64,000 nt of DNA, taken from an uncultured Gulosibacter sp. GTDB lineage: Bacteria; Actinomycetota; Actinomycetes; Actinomycetales; Microbacteriaceae. The stretch lies in assembly GCA_964599975.1 (NCBI GenBank), contig CAZRHP010000002.1, positions 16,494 through 80,493 on the forward strand, written 5' to 3'. A program made the position numbers and the translations under genes. The notes below the pieces were generated by a model. That model saw only the letters and a program-made list of their open reading frames with translations, searched no databases and was not told the DNA's origin. Positions 30,664 to 40,637 of this stretch are shown here, piece by piece (position 1 is the stretch's first letter; the number at the start of each line of letters is the position of its first letter).

Positions 30664-31302
30664 GTGACATATTTTTCTTTGGTTCGACACGGTGAAACCG
30701 ACTGGAACAGGGCGGGCCGGATTCAGGGCTCCACGGACATCCCCCTGAACGATCTGGGGCGCACACAGGCCCGCGAGACGGGTCGGAAGCTGGCTCGGCA
30801 TCACTGGGACCAAATTGTCTGTAGCCCACTGTCACGTGCCCACGAAACGGCTCTGATTATTGGGGCGGAAATCGGGCACCCCGAACCTGTCATCGAGCCC
30901 GCGATTGTCGAACGAAACTATGGTGAAGCCGAGGGTCTGACCGGTGCCGAACTCGAGGCCCGCTTTCCAGGTAACACCCCGGTACCTGGTCGCGAAACCA
31001 AGGACGAAGTGTTCGACCGGGTACTTTCCGCAATGCACGTCATTGCAGCCGAACACCCGGGCAAGCGAATACTCATGGTGGTTCATGGTGGTGTCATTCG
31101 TGCGGCACTACAGGGCGCAGTTCCGGGGCAATATTGGCACGAAAAAATTCCCAACGGTTCCGTTCACTCATTTATGCATTCGGACACCGGTCTCGAGCTG
31201 ATTCGCTTTAACGACGAGTTGGACATCGAGACAAGTTCGCCCGAATTGGCAGATTTTGAAGATCAGCAACCGCTCGAGCACCGAGAGGAGCACATTTCCT
31301 AA
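30664..31302 (+). CDS. histidine phosphatase (phosphoglycerate mutase-like) family protein
   Basis: RHGETDWN catalytic motif and a later HGG motif. Confidence 0.88.
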   Translation: MTYFSLVRHGETDWNRAGRIQGSTDIPLNDLGRTQARETGRKLARHHWDQIVCSPLSRAHETALIIGAEIGHPEPVIEPAIVERNYGEAEGLTGAELEARFPGNTPVPGRETKDEVFDRVLSAMHVIAAEHPGKRILMVVHGGVIRAALQGAVPGQYWHEKIPNGSVHSFMHSDTGLELIRFNDELDIETSSPELADFEDQQPLEHREEHIS

Positions 31303-31745
31303 TGGGCTTCACCGTCGTAGAGAACCTGCACCCCAACGGAGTCAAGGTTCGCCAGGAATTAGATCGTGCCGGCGTCGCAGGTGTCATCGTCGAAACCACA
31401 GAATCGTCGCCGACCGCTGTGGCAGCAGCAGAACAGTTAGGCATCAGCGTGGGCCAGATTGCCAATTCGCTGGTTTTCGAAGCCGACGGTGCACCACTCC
31501 TGGTGATGACGTCGGGCGCCCATCGGGTTGATACGCAGCGTTTGGCTGCCGCCTTAGGCGTTTCGGAGATCACTCGTCCGGGGGCGGAATTTGTGAGGTT
31601 GCACACAGGACAGCCCATTGGGGGCGTGGCCCCCGTCGGGCATCCCTCACGCTTGACAACAATCGTGGACGAGGCTCTCGAGGAATTCGGCGTAATCTGG
31701 GCTGCAGCGGGGCATCCCCACTACGTTTTTCCGACGACCTTCTAG
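31302..31745 (+). CDS. YbaK/EbsC-type aminoacyl-tRNA deacylase domain protein
   Basis: 147 aa. TAATG overlap with the upstream gene. Pattern GQIANSLVF...VDT..L resembles the YbaK family. Confidence 0.7.
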   Translation: MGFTVVENLHPNGVKVRQELDRAGVAGVIVETTESSPTAVAAAEQLGISVGQIANSLVFEADGAPLLVMTSGAHRVDTQRLAAALGVSEITRPGAEFVRLHTGQPIGGVAPVGHPSRLTTIVDEALEEFGVIWAAAGHPHYVFPTTF

Positions 31746-31844
31746 GAATTAGTGGCCATGACGAACGGGACTGTTCTTAGCGTAGGCGTCGGACGCGCGT
31801 AACACTCTCGAACGAGGGAAACCGAAGGCGCCCCCAAGTTCAAT

Positions 31845-32729
31845 TCACACAGTGGCGAGGTATTCGCGGATGTGCTGTGCAACCAGGATTGGTTCTTCGT
31901 AGTGCACCAAATGCCCGCTGCCCGGAATCACGTGAATCTGTGCGCGCGGGAACTTCGTCGACAGGTCGTGCTGGACGCTCACCGGTGTAATATCGTCAAG
32001 TTCAGCAGCAATCAAGAGCGTCGGTGCCGAAATATCTGCGGCGAATTGGCCCACATTGGCGGTGACCGATGCATAGTAGGCCCCGAGCAGTGCAGAGCGA
32101 TCCATGAAACTCGAAAAGTACATGTCATGCTGCGCATGGATCCAGCGGCGCAGAGGCTTGTCCTTTGTTTTGGCCATAAGAACGCTCATCGCGCGAACCA
32201 TAAAGGGCCAGGACAGCATGGCGAGGCCTTGTTTAACGGGAATTCGGGCACCAATCTCGTACCACAGTGATGCGACTTGTGTTGCGATTCTGTTGGGCCC
32301 CTCGAGTGCGGGCTGTGCGATGGGATTCACCAGCACGATAGGGGCAGTACGAGGACCGCGCAGGCCGCATGACACCACGATCGAACCAAATGAGTGACCC
32401 AACACAGGTGCATTCACGGTCCCTGTGTGTTCGAGGAACGAACGCAGCCACGTTCCGTATTCCTCGATGGTGTGATCTTCAGACTCAAAAGGTGAGGAAC
32501 TACCGAAACCCGGCAGGTCGGGAACAATCACCGTGTATTCGCTGAGCGCGCACGCAAAAAGCTCCAATCCGTGGTGATCGCCACGGAATCCATGAATTAA
32601 CACAATCGTCGGAGCGTCGCTTCCGGCGGAGTACGTCCACCAATGTGTGTCCGATCCCGAAATCATGGCGAAATGTTCGGTTGCCGCTCGACTCGCGAGA
32701 ACCTCGGGATAGGGATAGACAACGGTCAT
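31845..32729 (-). CDS. alpha/beta hydrolase
   Basis: HGF..D oxyanion region and nucleophile elbow GHSFGS. 294 aa. Confidence 0.85.
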   Translation of the reverse strand: MTVVYPYPEVLASRAATEHFAMISGSDTHWWTYSAGSDAPTIVLIHGFRGDHHGLELFACALSEYTVIVPDLPGFGSSSPFESEDHTIEEYGTWLRSFLEHTGTVNAPVLGHSFGSIVVSCGLRGPRTAPIVLVNPIAQPALEGPNRIATQVASLWYEIGARIPVKQGLAMLSWPFMVRAMSVLMAKTKDKPLRRWIHAQHDMYFSSFMDRSALLGAYYASVTANVGQFAADISAPTLLIAAELDDITPVSVQHDLSTKFPRAQIHVIPGSGHLVHYEEPILVAQHIREYLATV

Positions 32730-32793
32730 TCGACTAGTTTATAGGGGCGCAATATTTTTGTCGTGCTGCGTTTTGTGCTTTTGAAAGGTTCTC

Positions 32794-34461
32794 GTGAACA
32801 CATCCACCATCACCCTGTCCAGCGATCCAGAGTGGTACCGCAAGGCCGTCTTCTACGAAGTAATGGTCCGATCATTTTTGGACACCAACGGTGACGGTTA
32901 TGGTGATTTTCGCGGCATGATCGACAAGCTCGACTATCTGCAGTGGTTGGGCATTGACGCCATCTGGTTGCCCCCGTTCTTCCAGTCTCCGTTGCGTGAT
33001 GGCGGATACGATGTTGCCGACTATCTTGAGGTCCTACCGACGTACGGTTCGACCGCAGACTTCGACGAATTCCTGCAGGGTGCCCACGACCGCGGCATGC
33101 GCGTCGTCATTGATTTTGTTATCAACCACACCTCGGACCAGCACATGTGGTTCCAGGAATCACGCGCAAATCCCGAGGGGCCTTTCGGTGATTTCTATGT
33201 CTGGAGTGATACAGACAAGAAGTTCGAAAATGTTCGCATTATTTTTACGGACACCGAGACCTCGAACTGGGCGTTCGACGAGGTTCGTGGTCAGTACTAC
33301 TGGCACCGCTTCTTCTCGCACCAACCGGACCTCAACTTTGAAAACCTTGCCGTGCACGATGCAGTTCTGGATATCGCGCGTTATTGGCTGGACAAGGGCG
33401 TTGACGGATTCCGTCTCGACGCGATTCCCTACCTCTATGTGTCGGAGGGCAACACTGGCGAATCCGAGCCGCCCACTCACGCCTTCATTCAGAAGTTGCG
33501 CGCGATGATGGACCTCGAATATCCGGGTCGAATGTTGGTCGCCGAGGCCTGCCAGCAGCCGCACGAAGTCGTGGACTATTTTGGGTCAGCCGAGACTCCC
33601 GAATGCCACATGGCATTCAATTTCCCCGTGATGCCCCACATCTTCTATTCGTTGCGCTCGGGTTCCGCCGCGGGCCTCGTGGGAACCTTGCAATCACTCC
33701 CCGAGGTTCCGTCAGGGGCAGCCTGGGGTGTTTTCCTGCGCAATCACGACGAACTGACTCTGGAAATGGTCACGGACGAGCAGCGAGCACAGATGTACGA
33801 GTGGTACTCCCCCGATCCCCGCATGACGGTGAACGTGGGAATTCGGCGACGTCTTGCCCCGCTCTTGGACAACGATCGCGGCCAACTGGAACTTGCGAAC
33901 GCATTGCTGTTGTCGCTCCCTGGAAGCCCCTTCCTTTACTACGGCGACGAAATCGGTATGGGCGATGACATCTGGCTGGATGACCGTGATGCTTCACGCA
34001 CTCCGATGCAGTGGGATAACACTCAGAATTCTGGCTTCTCGAGCGCGAAACCCGCGGACCTCTACCTGCCATTGGTCTCAACCGAGACATTTGGCCCCCA
34101 CGCCATCAACGTCGAGGCTCAGCGCAACGACCCGACTTCTCTGCTGTCGTGGACTCGTGACATGCTGGCGCTGCGTCACCGCCTCGGCGTCTTCGGCACG
34201 GGAACTATGACGCTCGTCACAGCCTCGCAGGACAGTGTCCTCTCGTTCCTGCGCGCGCCGGAACACGGACGAGGCGATACGGTCCTGTGCGTTTTCTCGT
34301 TTGCGAACTCGCCCGAGTCCGTCACGATCAGCGTGGGTCACGCCAATGTGACTCTGCTCGATTCAGTTTCGGGGCAGCCCATCGGCGCCACAAACGACCA
34401 CGGAGAACTGACCATCGCACTAGAGGGACGTGGATGGCACTGGCTGGTCCTCGGTCCGTGA
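32794..34461 (+). CDS. treS: trehalose synthase (maltose alpha-D-glucosyltransferase, GH13)
   Basis: WYRKAVFYEVMVRSFLDTNGDGYGDFRGMIDKLDYLQWLGIDAIWLPPFFQSPLRDGGYDVADY is the classic TreS N-terminus, plus GFRLDA and NHDELT. Confidence 0.9.
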   Translation: MNTSTITLSSDPEWYRKAVFYEVMVRSFLDTNGDGYGDFRGMIDKLDYLQWLGIDAIWLPPFFQSPLRDGGYDVADYLEVLPTYGSTADFDEFLQGAHDRGMRVVIDFVINHTSDQHMWFQESRANPEGPFGDFYVWSDTDKKFENVRIIFTDTETSNWAFDEVRGQYYWHRFFSHQPDLNFENLAVHDAVLDIARYWLDKGVDGFRLDAIPYLYVSEGNTGESEPPTHAFIQKLRAMMDLEYPGRMLVAEACQQPHEVVDYFGSAETPECHMAFNFPVMPHIFYSLRSGSAAGLVGTLQSLPEVPSGAAWGVFLRNHDELTLEMVTDEQRAQMYEWYSPDPRMTVNVGIRRRLAPLLDNDRGQLELANALLLSLPGSPFLYYGDEIGMGDDIWLDDRDASRTPMQWDNTQNSGFSSAKPADLYLPLVSTETFGPHAINVEAQRNDPTSLLSWTRDMLALRHRLGVFGTGTMTLVTASQDSVLSFLRAPEHGRGDTVLCVFSFANSPESVTISVGHANVTLLDSVSGQPIGATNDHGELTIALEGRGWHWLVLGP

Positions 34462-34486
34462 GGGTGGTCAACGCTACGCTGTTCTC

Positions 34487-35185
34487 ATGACTCAATGGGA
34501 ACGCATCGGCGTATTTGACCTAGAAACGACAGGCTTGGATGTCACCCGCGAAAGGGTGGTAACCGCGTTCGTCGGTGTTTTGGACGCGAGCGGTGATGTT
34601 GTGGAAAGCACATCCTGGGTTGCCAACCCTGGTGTTCCAATTCCCGACCGCGCGGCCGAGGTTCATGGTTACACCACCGAGCGCGTCCTTGCCGAGGGTC
34701 GTCCCGCCGTTGAGGTCGTTTCTGAGGTCCTCAACACACTCCGCGCACTCTTTGCCCAAGGGATTCCGGTCGTGGCCTACAACGCGACCTACGACTTCTC
34801 ATTGCTCCATTTCGACGCGTTGCGCAACGGGCTTGAACCACTGGACGAGCCCTCCCCCATTTTCGACCCGTTGATCATCGATAAAAAGGTTGATACCTAT
34901 CGCAAGGGGTCCCGCACTCTGATTGCCGCGTGTGACACCTACGGTGTGACTCTCGACGACGCACACGAGGCGCGTTCTGATGCTGTAGCTGCGGGCCGCG
35001 TGTTGCTGGCAATCGCACAGAAATTCGCCAACGATGCCAACCTGCAGGGCACTCCCGCTGAACTCCACGCAAATATTGCCCGCTGGGCACGCGAACAAGC
35101 AGAATCCTACGCAGACTGGGCCGCTCGAAACGGTCGCAACGCATCACGCCCCGGACCTGGCACCTGGCCCGTCTACGAGGCATAA
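34487..35185 (+). CDS. DEDDh 3'-5' exonuclease (DnaQ-like)
   Basis: ExoI FDLETTGLD, ExoII AYNATYDFSLL and ExoIII HEARSDAVAAG. Start is ATG 34487, past the treS stop. Confidence 0.85.
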   Translation: MTQWERIGVFDLETTGLDVTRERVVTAFVGVLDASGDVVESTSWVANPGVPIPDRAAEVHGYTTERVLAEGRPAVEVVSEVLNTLRALFAQGIPVVAYNATYDFSLLHFDALRNGLEPLDEPSPIFDPLIIDKKVDTYRKGSRTLIAACDTYGVTLDDAHEARSDAVAAGRVLLAIAQKFANDANLQGTPAELHANIARWAREQAESYADWAARNGRNASRPGPGTWPVYEA

Positions 35186-35252
35186 GCACCACAACATGAT
35201 CCTGGACTGTTCCATTCGCACCTGGCCCGTCTACGAGGCATAAGCACCACAA
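35160..35252. repeat. 35-nt perfect direct repeat (35160-35194 = 35218-35252), period 58 nt
   Basis: GCACCTGGCCCGTCTACGAGGCATAAGCACCACAA occurs twice. The first copy contains the last 8 codons and stop of the exonuclease gene. Confidence 0.95.
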
Positions 35253-35289
35253 AAACACTGATGGCCACCCCGAGGGGTGGCCATCAGTA
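35250..35289 (-). terminator. intrinsic terminator of rpmE2 (also a hairpin for the convergent exonuclease gene)
   Basis: 15-bp perfect stem ACTGATGGCCACCCC/GGGGTGGCCATCAGT with a 3-nt loop, followed on the minus strand by GTTTTTG. Confidence 0.85.
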
Positions 35290-35303
35290 TGAACTGAGTG
35301 TGG

Positions 35304-35555
35304 TTACTGTCCGAAACCGGCGTAACGCTGGTTGAACTTCTCGACGCGTCCCGCCGAGTCCATGATGCGCTGCTTGCCCGTGTAGAAGGGGTGCGATGCG
35401 CTCGAGATTTCGACGTCTACGACGGGGTAGGTGTTTCCATCTTCCCATTCGATCGTCTTGTCCGACGACACGGTCGAGCGGGTGAGGAAAGCCTCGCCGC
35501 TTGCAAGGTCGCGGAATACCACAGCGTTGTATGCGGGGTGAATGTCAGCCTTCAT
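35304..35555 (-). CDS. rpmE2: 50S ribosomal protein L31, type B (Cys-less)
   Basis: MKADIHPAY...HPFYTGKQR. No CxxC zinc motif is present, so it is the C-minus paralog. Confidence 0.92.
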   Translation of the reverse strand: MKADIHPAYNAVVFRDLASGEAFLTRSTVSSDKTIEWEDGNTYPVVDVEISSASHPFYTGKQRIMDSAGRVEKFNQRYAGFGQ

Positions 35556-35614
35556 GATTACCTTTTGTCTCAAAGTTGATGCGCAAAACGCGCCAAAAAA
35601 TAACTATATCAGAT

Positions 35615-36400
35615 TTAACGGATTCCCCGTGCACTGAAGCGCCCATTGACGTGTTCAACATGCAGGGGGACGCCAAATGCCTCGGTCAGAACCGATGAAG
35701 TCACGACGTCCTGAATTTGCCCCTGGGACACAACCGAACCGTTTTTGAGAACGAGAGCGTGGGTGAACGCAGCGGGGATTTCATCGACGTGATGGGTGAC
35801 GAGAATCATGGCGGGTGCGGTACGCATTGACGCAAAACCGTCCAACATCCCGAGCAATTCCTCGCGAGAGCCCAAATCGAGGCTCGCCGCGGGTTCATCC
35901 AGGAACAGAATTTCGGGGTCCGTCATGATCGACCGTGCGATTTGAACACGTTTTTGTTCGCCATCGGACAGGGTTCCAAAGGCGCGAGTCGCGAGGTGGT
36001 CGAGTTTCCACTCGGCCAATACGCGCATGGCGCGCTTTTCGTCGATGTCGTCGTACTGCTCGTTCGCACGTGCAGTCACGGCCCACGCTGCGGTCATGAC
36101 AGCGTCAAGCACTGATTCGCTATCCGGAATAAGGCGGGCAACAGCCGTTGACGAAAACCCCAGGCGGGTGCGCAATTCGGCCACATCGTCAGCAGAAATG
36201 CTTTCGCCAATGACCGTGGCCTCACCGGTAGTCGGCTTCGCATGAGCCGAAGCGAGCTGCAAGAGCGTGGTCTTGCCCGCGCCGTTGGGGCCGATAACCG
36301 CCCACCTCTCGTCGGGGTTAACTACCCAATTGATTCCCGACAGGATCGTGTGGTCATCGCGGATAACAGAAACGTTGTGAAAATTAAGTACTGACGTCAT
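35615..36400 (-). CDS. ABC transporter ATP-binding protein (stand-alone, ModF/YlmA-like)
   Basis: Walker A GPNGAGKTT, signature LSDGEQKRV, Walker B ILFLDEP. There is no adjacent permease gene. Confidence 0.88.
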   Translation of the reverse strand: MTSVLNFHNVSVIRDDHTILSGINWVVNPDERWAVIGPNGAGKTTLLQLASAHAKPTTGEATVIGESISADDVAELRTRLGFSSTAVARLIPDSESVLDAVMTAAWAVTARANEQYDDIDEKRAMRVLAEWKLDHLATRAFGTLSDGEQKRVQIARSIMTDPEILFLDEPAASLDLGSREELLGMLDGFASMRTAPAMILVTHHVDEIPAAFTHALVLKNGSVVSQGQIQDVVTSSVLTEAFGVPLHVEHVNGRFSARGIR

Positions 36401-36412
36401 TATGGGTCTAGC

Positions 36413-37597
36413 CTAGGCGGTCACGCGGGCATATAGCGCGAGCGTCTTCTCGGCGATTGCGTCCCAGGTGAAGTGTTCTTCGGCCCGTGCGCGTCCTGCA
36501 CGACCGTACTGCTCGCACAGGGCGCGGTCCGTTACCACCTCGGTGAGAATTCGCGCCAAATCGGCAATGTACTGCTCGGGATTGACCGGCGTTCCCGTCC
36601 CATCGGAAACCTGTTCAATGGGCACGAGACGGCCCGTGACACCATCGTCGACGACCTCGGGAATTCCCCCTGTCGCTGTTCCCACAACTGCTACGCCACA
36701 GGACATGGCCTCGAGGTTGACAATACCCAAAGGTTCGTAAATAGAGGGGCACACAAACACATCGGACACACTCAACGCGACGGTCAACTCGGCGCGAGAC
36801 AGCATCCGATCAATCCACACAACGCCATCACGTTGTTCACGCAGAGCGTCGACGGCCGCGGTGACTTCTGCCATGATTTCGGGAGTATCGGGAGCGCCGG
36901 CGCACAACACGATTTGCACAGACGCGGGAAGCAATTCGCACGCGGCCAACAGATAGGGCAGACCTTTTTGACGGGTGATTCGGCCCACGAAAATTACAGT
37001 GGGGCGTTCCGGATCGATACCCAAACCACGGGCTACATCGTGATCGACATTGCGCGCCCAGCTTTCGAGGTCGATTCCGTTGTGAATTGTCACAACCTTC
37101 TTGGGATCAACGCTGGGGTACGACCGCAAAATGTCGGCGCGCATACCATCACTGACCGCAATGATTGCCGCGGCGCCCTCGTATGCCGACTTCTCGATCC
37201 AGCTGGAAACCCGATATCCCCCACCCAACTGTTCGGCCTTCCACGGACGCAAGGGTTCGAGCGAATGGGCTGTAATGACATGGGGAATTCCGTGAAGGAG
37301 GCTCGCAAGGTGACCTGCCGCATTGGCATACCAGGTGTGTGAATGCACGACATCGGCACCCGCTGCTGGTTCGACCATAGTTAAATTTGTTGCGAGTGTT
37401 GCCATGGTAGCGTTCGCATCGGCAAATTCAGACGGAGCGGAATAGGCCGTCGTCCCGTCCTCTGTGCGCTCGCGGCCAAAGCAACTGACCTGAACATCAA
37501 TGTGGGAACGAAGAGCTGACACCAACTCGGTGACGTGGACTCCTGCACCACCGTATATCTCGGGCGGATATTCCTTGGTGATTACGTTAACTCGCAT
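36413..37597 (-). CDS. glgA: glycogen synthase, actinobacterial GT4 type (GlgA/GlgM-like)
   Basis: N-terminus MRVNVITKEYPPEIYGGAGVHV and the E-x7-E region. Divergent from glgC. Confidence 0.88.
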   Translation of the reverse strand: MRVNVITKEYPPEIYGGAGVHVTELVSALRSHIDVQVSCFGRERTEDGTTAYSAPSEFADANATMATLATNLTMVEPAAGADVVHSHTWYANAAGHLASLLHGIPHVITAHSLEPLRPWKAEQLGGGYRVSSWIEKSAYEGAAAIIAVSDGMRADILRSYPSVDPKKVVTIHNGIDLESWARNVDHDVARGLGIDPERPTVIFVGRITRQKGLPYLLAACELLPASVQIVLCAGAPDTPEIMAEVTAAVDALREQRDGVVWIDRMLSRAELTVALSVSDVFVCPSIYEPLGIVNLEAMSCGVAVVGTATGGIPEVVDDGVTGRLVPIEQVSDGTGTPVNPEQYIADLARILTEVVTDRALCEQYGRAGRARAEEHFTWDAIAEKTLALYARVTA

Positions 37598-37636
37598 GTC
37601 AAAACGCTAGCGCATTTGGGTGCCAGCCCCTAGTGT

Positions 37637-38881
37637 GTGGTTATGACGAGCCCTAAAGTTTTCGGAATTGTCCTCGCCGGTGGTGAAGGTAAGCGTTTGA
37701 TGCCGCTCACGTCTGACCGCGCTAAGCCTGCGGTTCCGTTCGCGGGGGAATATCGACTGATCGATTACGCCATCTCGAACCTCATCAACTCGGATCTGCG
37801 ACAAATCGTCGTTCTTACGCAGTACAAGTCCCACTCGCTCGACCGACACGTGTCCCAGACCTGGCGACTGTCGGGAATGCTCAATGCCTACGTCGCCTCT
37901 GTGCCCGCCCAACAGCGACTCGGCAAACATTGGTTCCAGGGAAGTGCGGATGCAATCCTGCAGAGCCTCAACCTGATTCGAGACGAGAAGCCGGATATCG
38001 TCGTCGTCGTCGGCGCGGACCACGTGTATCGCATGGACTTCCGTCCCATGATCGAGGCGCATATCAAAAACGGCGCTGGCGTAACCGTTGCGGGTATCCG
38101 TCAGCCCATTTCGTTGTCCGATCAGTTCGGCGTCATTGAGGTCGACGACGAAAACCCCGAAAAAATCGCTCGATTCCGCGAAAAACCAGCGGACGCCAAG
38201 GGCCTGTCTGACTCCCCCAGCGAGGTCCTCGCGTCCATGGGCAACTATGTGTTCAATGCCGATGTCCTAATCGATGCCGTTACCCGCGACGGGCAACTCC
38301 CCGATTCTAAGCACGACATGGGTGGCGATATCGTTCCCGCGTTCGTGGACAAGGGCGAGGCCTATGTCTATGACTTCATTCGCAATGACGTACCCGGTTC
38401 TACCGACCGTGACCGCAACTACTGGCGTGACGTGGGTTCGATTGACTCATTCTTCGAGGCACACCAGGACCTCATCATGCCGCTGCCGGTTTTCAACCTC
38501 TACAACCGTGAATGGCCCATTTACAGCCAGCAGTGGAATTCTCCGCCGGCAAAGTTCGTCCGTGACGACCAGGGTCGCAGTGGTACGGCGACTGATTCCA
38601 TCGTGTCGCTGGGCGTTGTTGTATCCGGTGCCACATTGGAACGGTGTGTGTTGGGACCCTGGGTTCAGGTGTCACCCGGCGCGACGATCACCGATGCGAT
38701 CCTGTTCGAACGTGTAACGGTCGGCGCGGGTGCCACGGTTCGCAGGGCTATTCTGGATAAGGATGTTGTCGTTGCTGCTGGGGCTACGGTGGGTGTCGAT
38801 CACGACCTCGACCGTTCTCGCGGTTTCACGGTGACTCCCAGCGGAATCGTCGTTGTCGAAAAGGGACAACGCGTCGAATAA
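37637..38881 (+). CDS. glgC: glucose-1-phosphate adenylyltransferase
   Basis: [13 protein letters not shown], the QYKSHSL motif and a C-terminal left-handed beta-helix. Confidence 0.95.
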   Translation: MVMTSPKVFGIVLAGGEGKRLMPLTSDRAKPAVPFAGEYRLIDYAISNLINSDLRQIVVLTQYKSHSLDRHVSQTWRLSGMLNAYVASVPAQQRLGKHWFQGSADAILQSLNLIRDEKPDIVVVVGADHVYRMDFRPMIEAHIKNGAGVTVAGIRQPISLSDQFGVIEVDDENPEKIARFREKPADAKGLSDSPSEVLASMGNYVFNADVLIDAVTRDGQLPDSKHDMGGDIVPAFVDKGEAYVYDFIRNDVPGSTDRDRNYWRDVGSIDSFFEAHQDLIMPLPVFNLYNREWPIYSQQWNSPPAKFVRDDQGRSGTATDSIVSLGVVVSGATLERCVLGPWVQVSPGATITDAILFERVTVGAGATVRRAILDKDVVVAAGATVGVDHDLDRSRGFTVTPSGIVVVEKGQRVE

Positions 38882-38890
38882 AGGAGTCCT

Positions 38891-39532
38891 ATGTCACGCT
38901 TTCTCGTTGTCTGTGACGTAGATTCGACCCTCATCGATGACGAAGTCATTGAATTAATTGCCGATCGTGCAGGTTCCCGCGAACTGGTCACACGCATTAC
39001 GGCACGTGCAATGGCGGGTGAACTTGATTTTGCGAGCTCACTGCGGGAACGCGTTGCGACATTAGCAGGTCTTCCCGTCTCGGAATTGGAATCCGTCGTG
39101 CAGGACATCAGCGTGACCAACGGGACTCGAGACCTCATTGCGGCCGTTCATGAGGCTGAGGGAGTCATTGCCGCCGTCTCCGGTGGATTCCACGAAATTT
39201 TGGACCCTTTGGCTCGTGAGTGGGGACTCGATTGGTGGGCGGCCAATCGTTTTGAGATTGTTGACGGAAAACTGACCGGCCGTGTGCTCGGCGATATCGT
39301 CGACGCGCAGGCCAAGGCGGATGCGCTGGTCATGCTGGCACACAAATTTGACGTACCCAGGGACGCCACCATTGCGGTCGGTGACGGGGCGAACGATCTC
39401 GCCATGATGGCAGTCGCGGCGGTGGGTGTGGCATTTTGTGCAAAGCCCATTGTTCGGGAACGCGCCGATGTCAGCATCAACACGCGTGACTTGCGACGCG
39501 TGATTCCCCTACTTGGACAACTGCGACCATAA
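38891..39532 (+). CDS. serB: phosphoserine phosphatase (HAD-IB)
   Basis: DVDSTLIDDEVIE motif I and the GDGANDL motif. Confidence 0.85.
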   Translation: MSRFLVVCDVDSTLIDDEVIELIADRAGSRELVTRITARAMAGELDFASSLRERVATLAGLPVSELESVVQDISVTNGTRDLIAAVHEAEGVIAAVSGGFHEILDPLAREWGLDWWAANRFEIVDGKLTGRVLGDIVDAQAKADALVMLAHKFDVPRDATIAVGDGANDLAMMAVAAVGVAFCAKPIVRERADVSINTRDLRRVIPLLGQLRP

Positions 39533-39615
39533 CGGACCGTTAACGCGGGATTTCGCTGAGTGTCGTATGTCGGGCCGGGGTTAGAGGCCTTGTACGACCT
39601 CCTGAGATGCGCGCC

Positions 39616-40326
39616 TTAGTGACCCATCCCCAGGCCACCGTCGACGGGAATCACGGCGCCCGAGATGTAGCCCGAGTCATCCGATGCCAACCACGCAACG
39701 GCAGCGGCGACCTCTGACGGCTGCGCGAATCGTCCGGCAGGAATGTTTCGCTGATATTCGGCCTGCTGCGCCTCGGGCAGAGCGGCGGTCATATCGGTCT
39801 CAATGAAACCAGGCGCTACAACGTTGGCAGTGATGCCTCGTGAACCGACTTCGCGAGTCAACGAGCGAGCGAAACCGACGAGGGCGCTCTTCGACGCGCT
39901 GTAATTGATCTGTCCGGGGCTTCCATACAGCCCGACGACACTGGAAATGAAGATGATGCGACCAAATCGCGCTTTGAGCATCGACTTGATTCCGCGCTTC
40001 ACCAGACGGAACGAACCCGTGAGGTTGGTGTCGATAACACTCTCGAAATCGTCTTCGGTCATACGCAACAGCAGGGTGTCCTTGGTGATACCCGCATTAG
40101 CCACGAGTACCTCGATCGGTCCAAGCTCTGCCTCAACCTGTGTCAGTGCCGCATCGAGAGATTCTGCATTGGTGACATCGGCGATTACGGTCATCGAACC
40201 AGTGGGGCCCGACCCGGATCGTGCGGTCACGGCGACTCGGTGACCATCGGCGATAAAGCGCTCTGCAATGGCATATCCAATGCCACGGTTACCGCCGGTG
40301 ATAAGAACTGTGCGTGCTGACGTCAT
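39616..40326 (-). CDS. fabG: 3-oxoacyl-ACP reductase-like SDR
   Basis: TGGNRGIG, NAG and YSASK motifs. 236 aa. Confidence 0.8.
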   Translation of the reverse strand: MTSARTVLITGGNRGIGYAIAERFIADGHRVAVTARSGSGPTGSMTVIADVTNAESLDAALTQVEAELGPIEVLVANAGITKDTLLLRMTEDDFESVIDTNLTGSFRLVKRGIKSMLKARFGRIIFISSVVGLYGSPGQINYSASKSALVGFARSLTREVGSRGITANVVAPGFIETDMTAALPEAQQAEYQRNIPAGRFAQPSEVAAAVAWLASDDSGYISGAVIPVDGGLGMGH

Positions 40327-40358
40327 GCCCTAAGCGTAGCGGGGATACACTGGAAGAT

Positions 40359-40637
40359 GTGGCTAAAGTGACGCAATCGATCACCACGCTCCCCCAATCT
40401 CCGGCCGAGGAGCGTTCTTCGCGGATGGTGTCGTACCTCATCGCCATGATCGCCCGATTGGTGTGCCTCGCGCTGTGTTTCGTGGTTCCCGGATGGTGGG
40501 TACTACTGCCGGCAGCAGGTGTCATCATTTTGCCGGCAATCGCCGTCATGGCCGCGAACATCGTTAAGTCGCCCGATGCGCGACGTCACGCACAGGCAAC
40601 ACCGCATTTCCCCAGCCTTTCCGGACCACAGGCATGA
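40359..40637 (+). CDS. DUF3099-like small membrane protein
   Basis: Two TM helices (YLIAMIARLVCLALCFVV, VLLPAAGVIILPAIAVMAAN). The start is uncertain, either GTG 40359 or GTG 40368. Confidence 0.6.
   Translation: MAKVTQSITTLPQSPAEERSSRMVSYLIAMIARLVCLALCFVVPGWWVLLPAAGVIILPAIAVMAANIVKSPDARRHAQATPHFPSLSGPQA

Noticed and set aside
35556-35614. Looked for a Zur box upstream of the Cys-less L31 paralogue rpmE2.
   Set aside because: The region is AT-rich (TATAGTTATTTTTTGG), but I could not find a convincing AT-rich palindrome of the Zur type. A motif-scan is needed.
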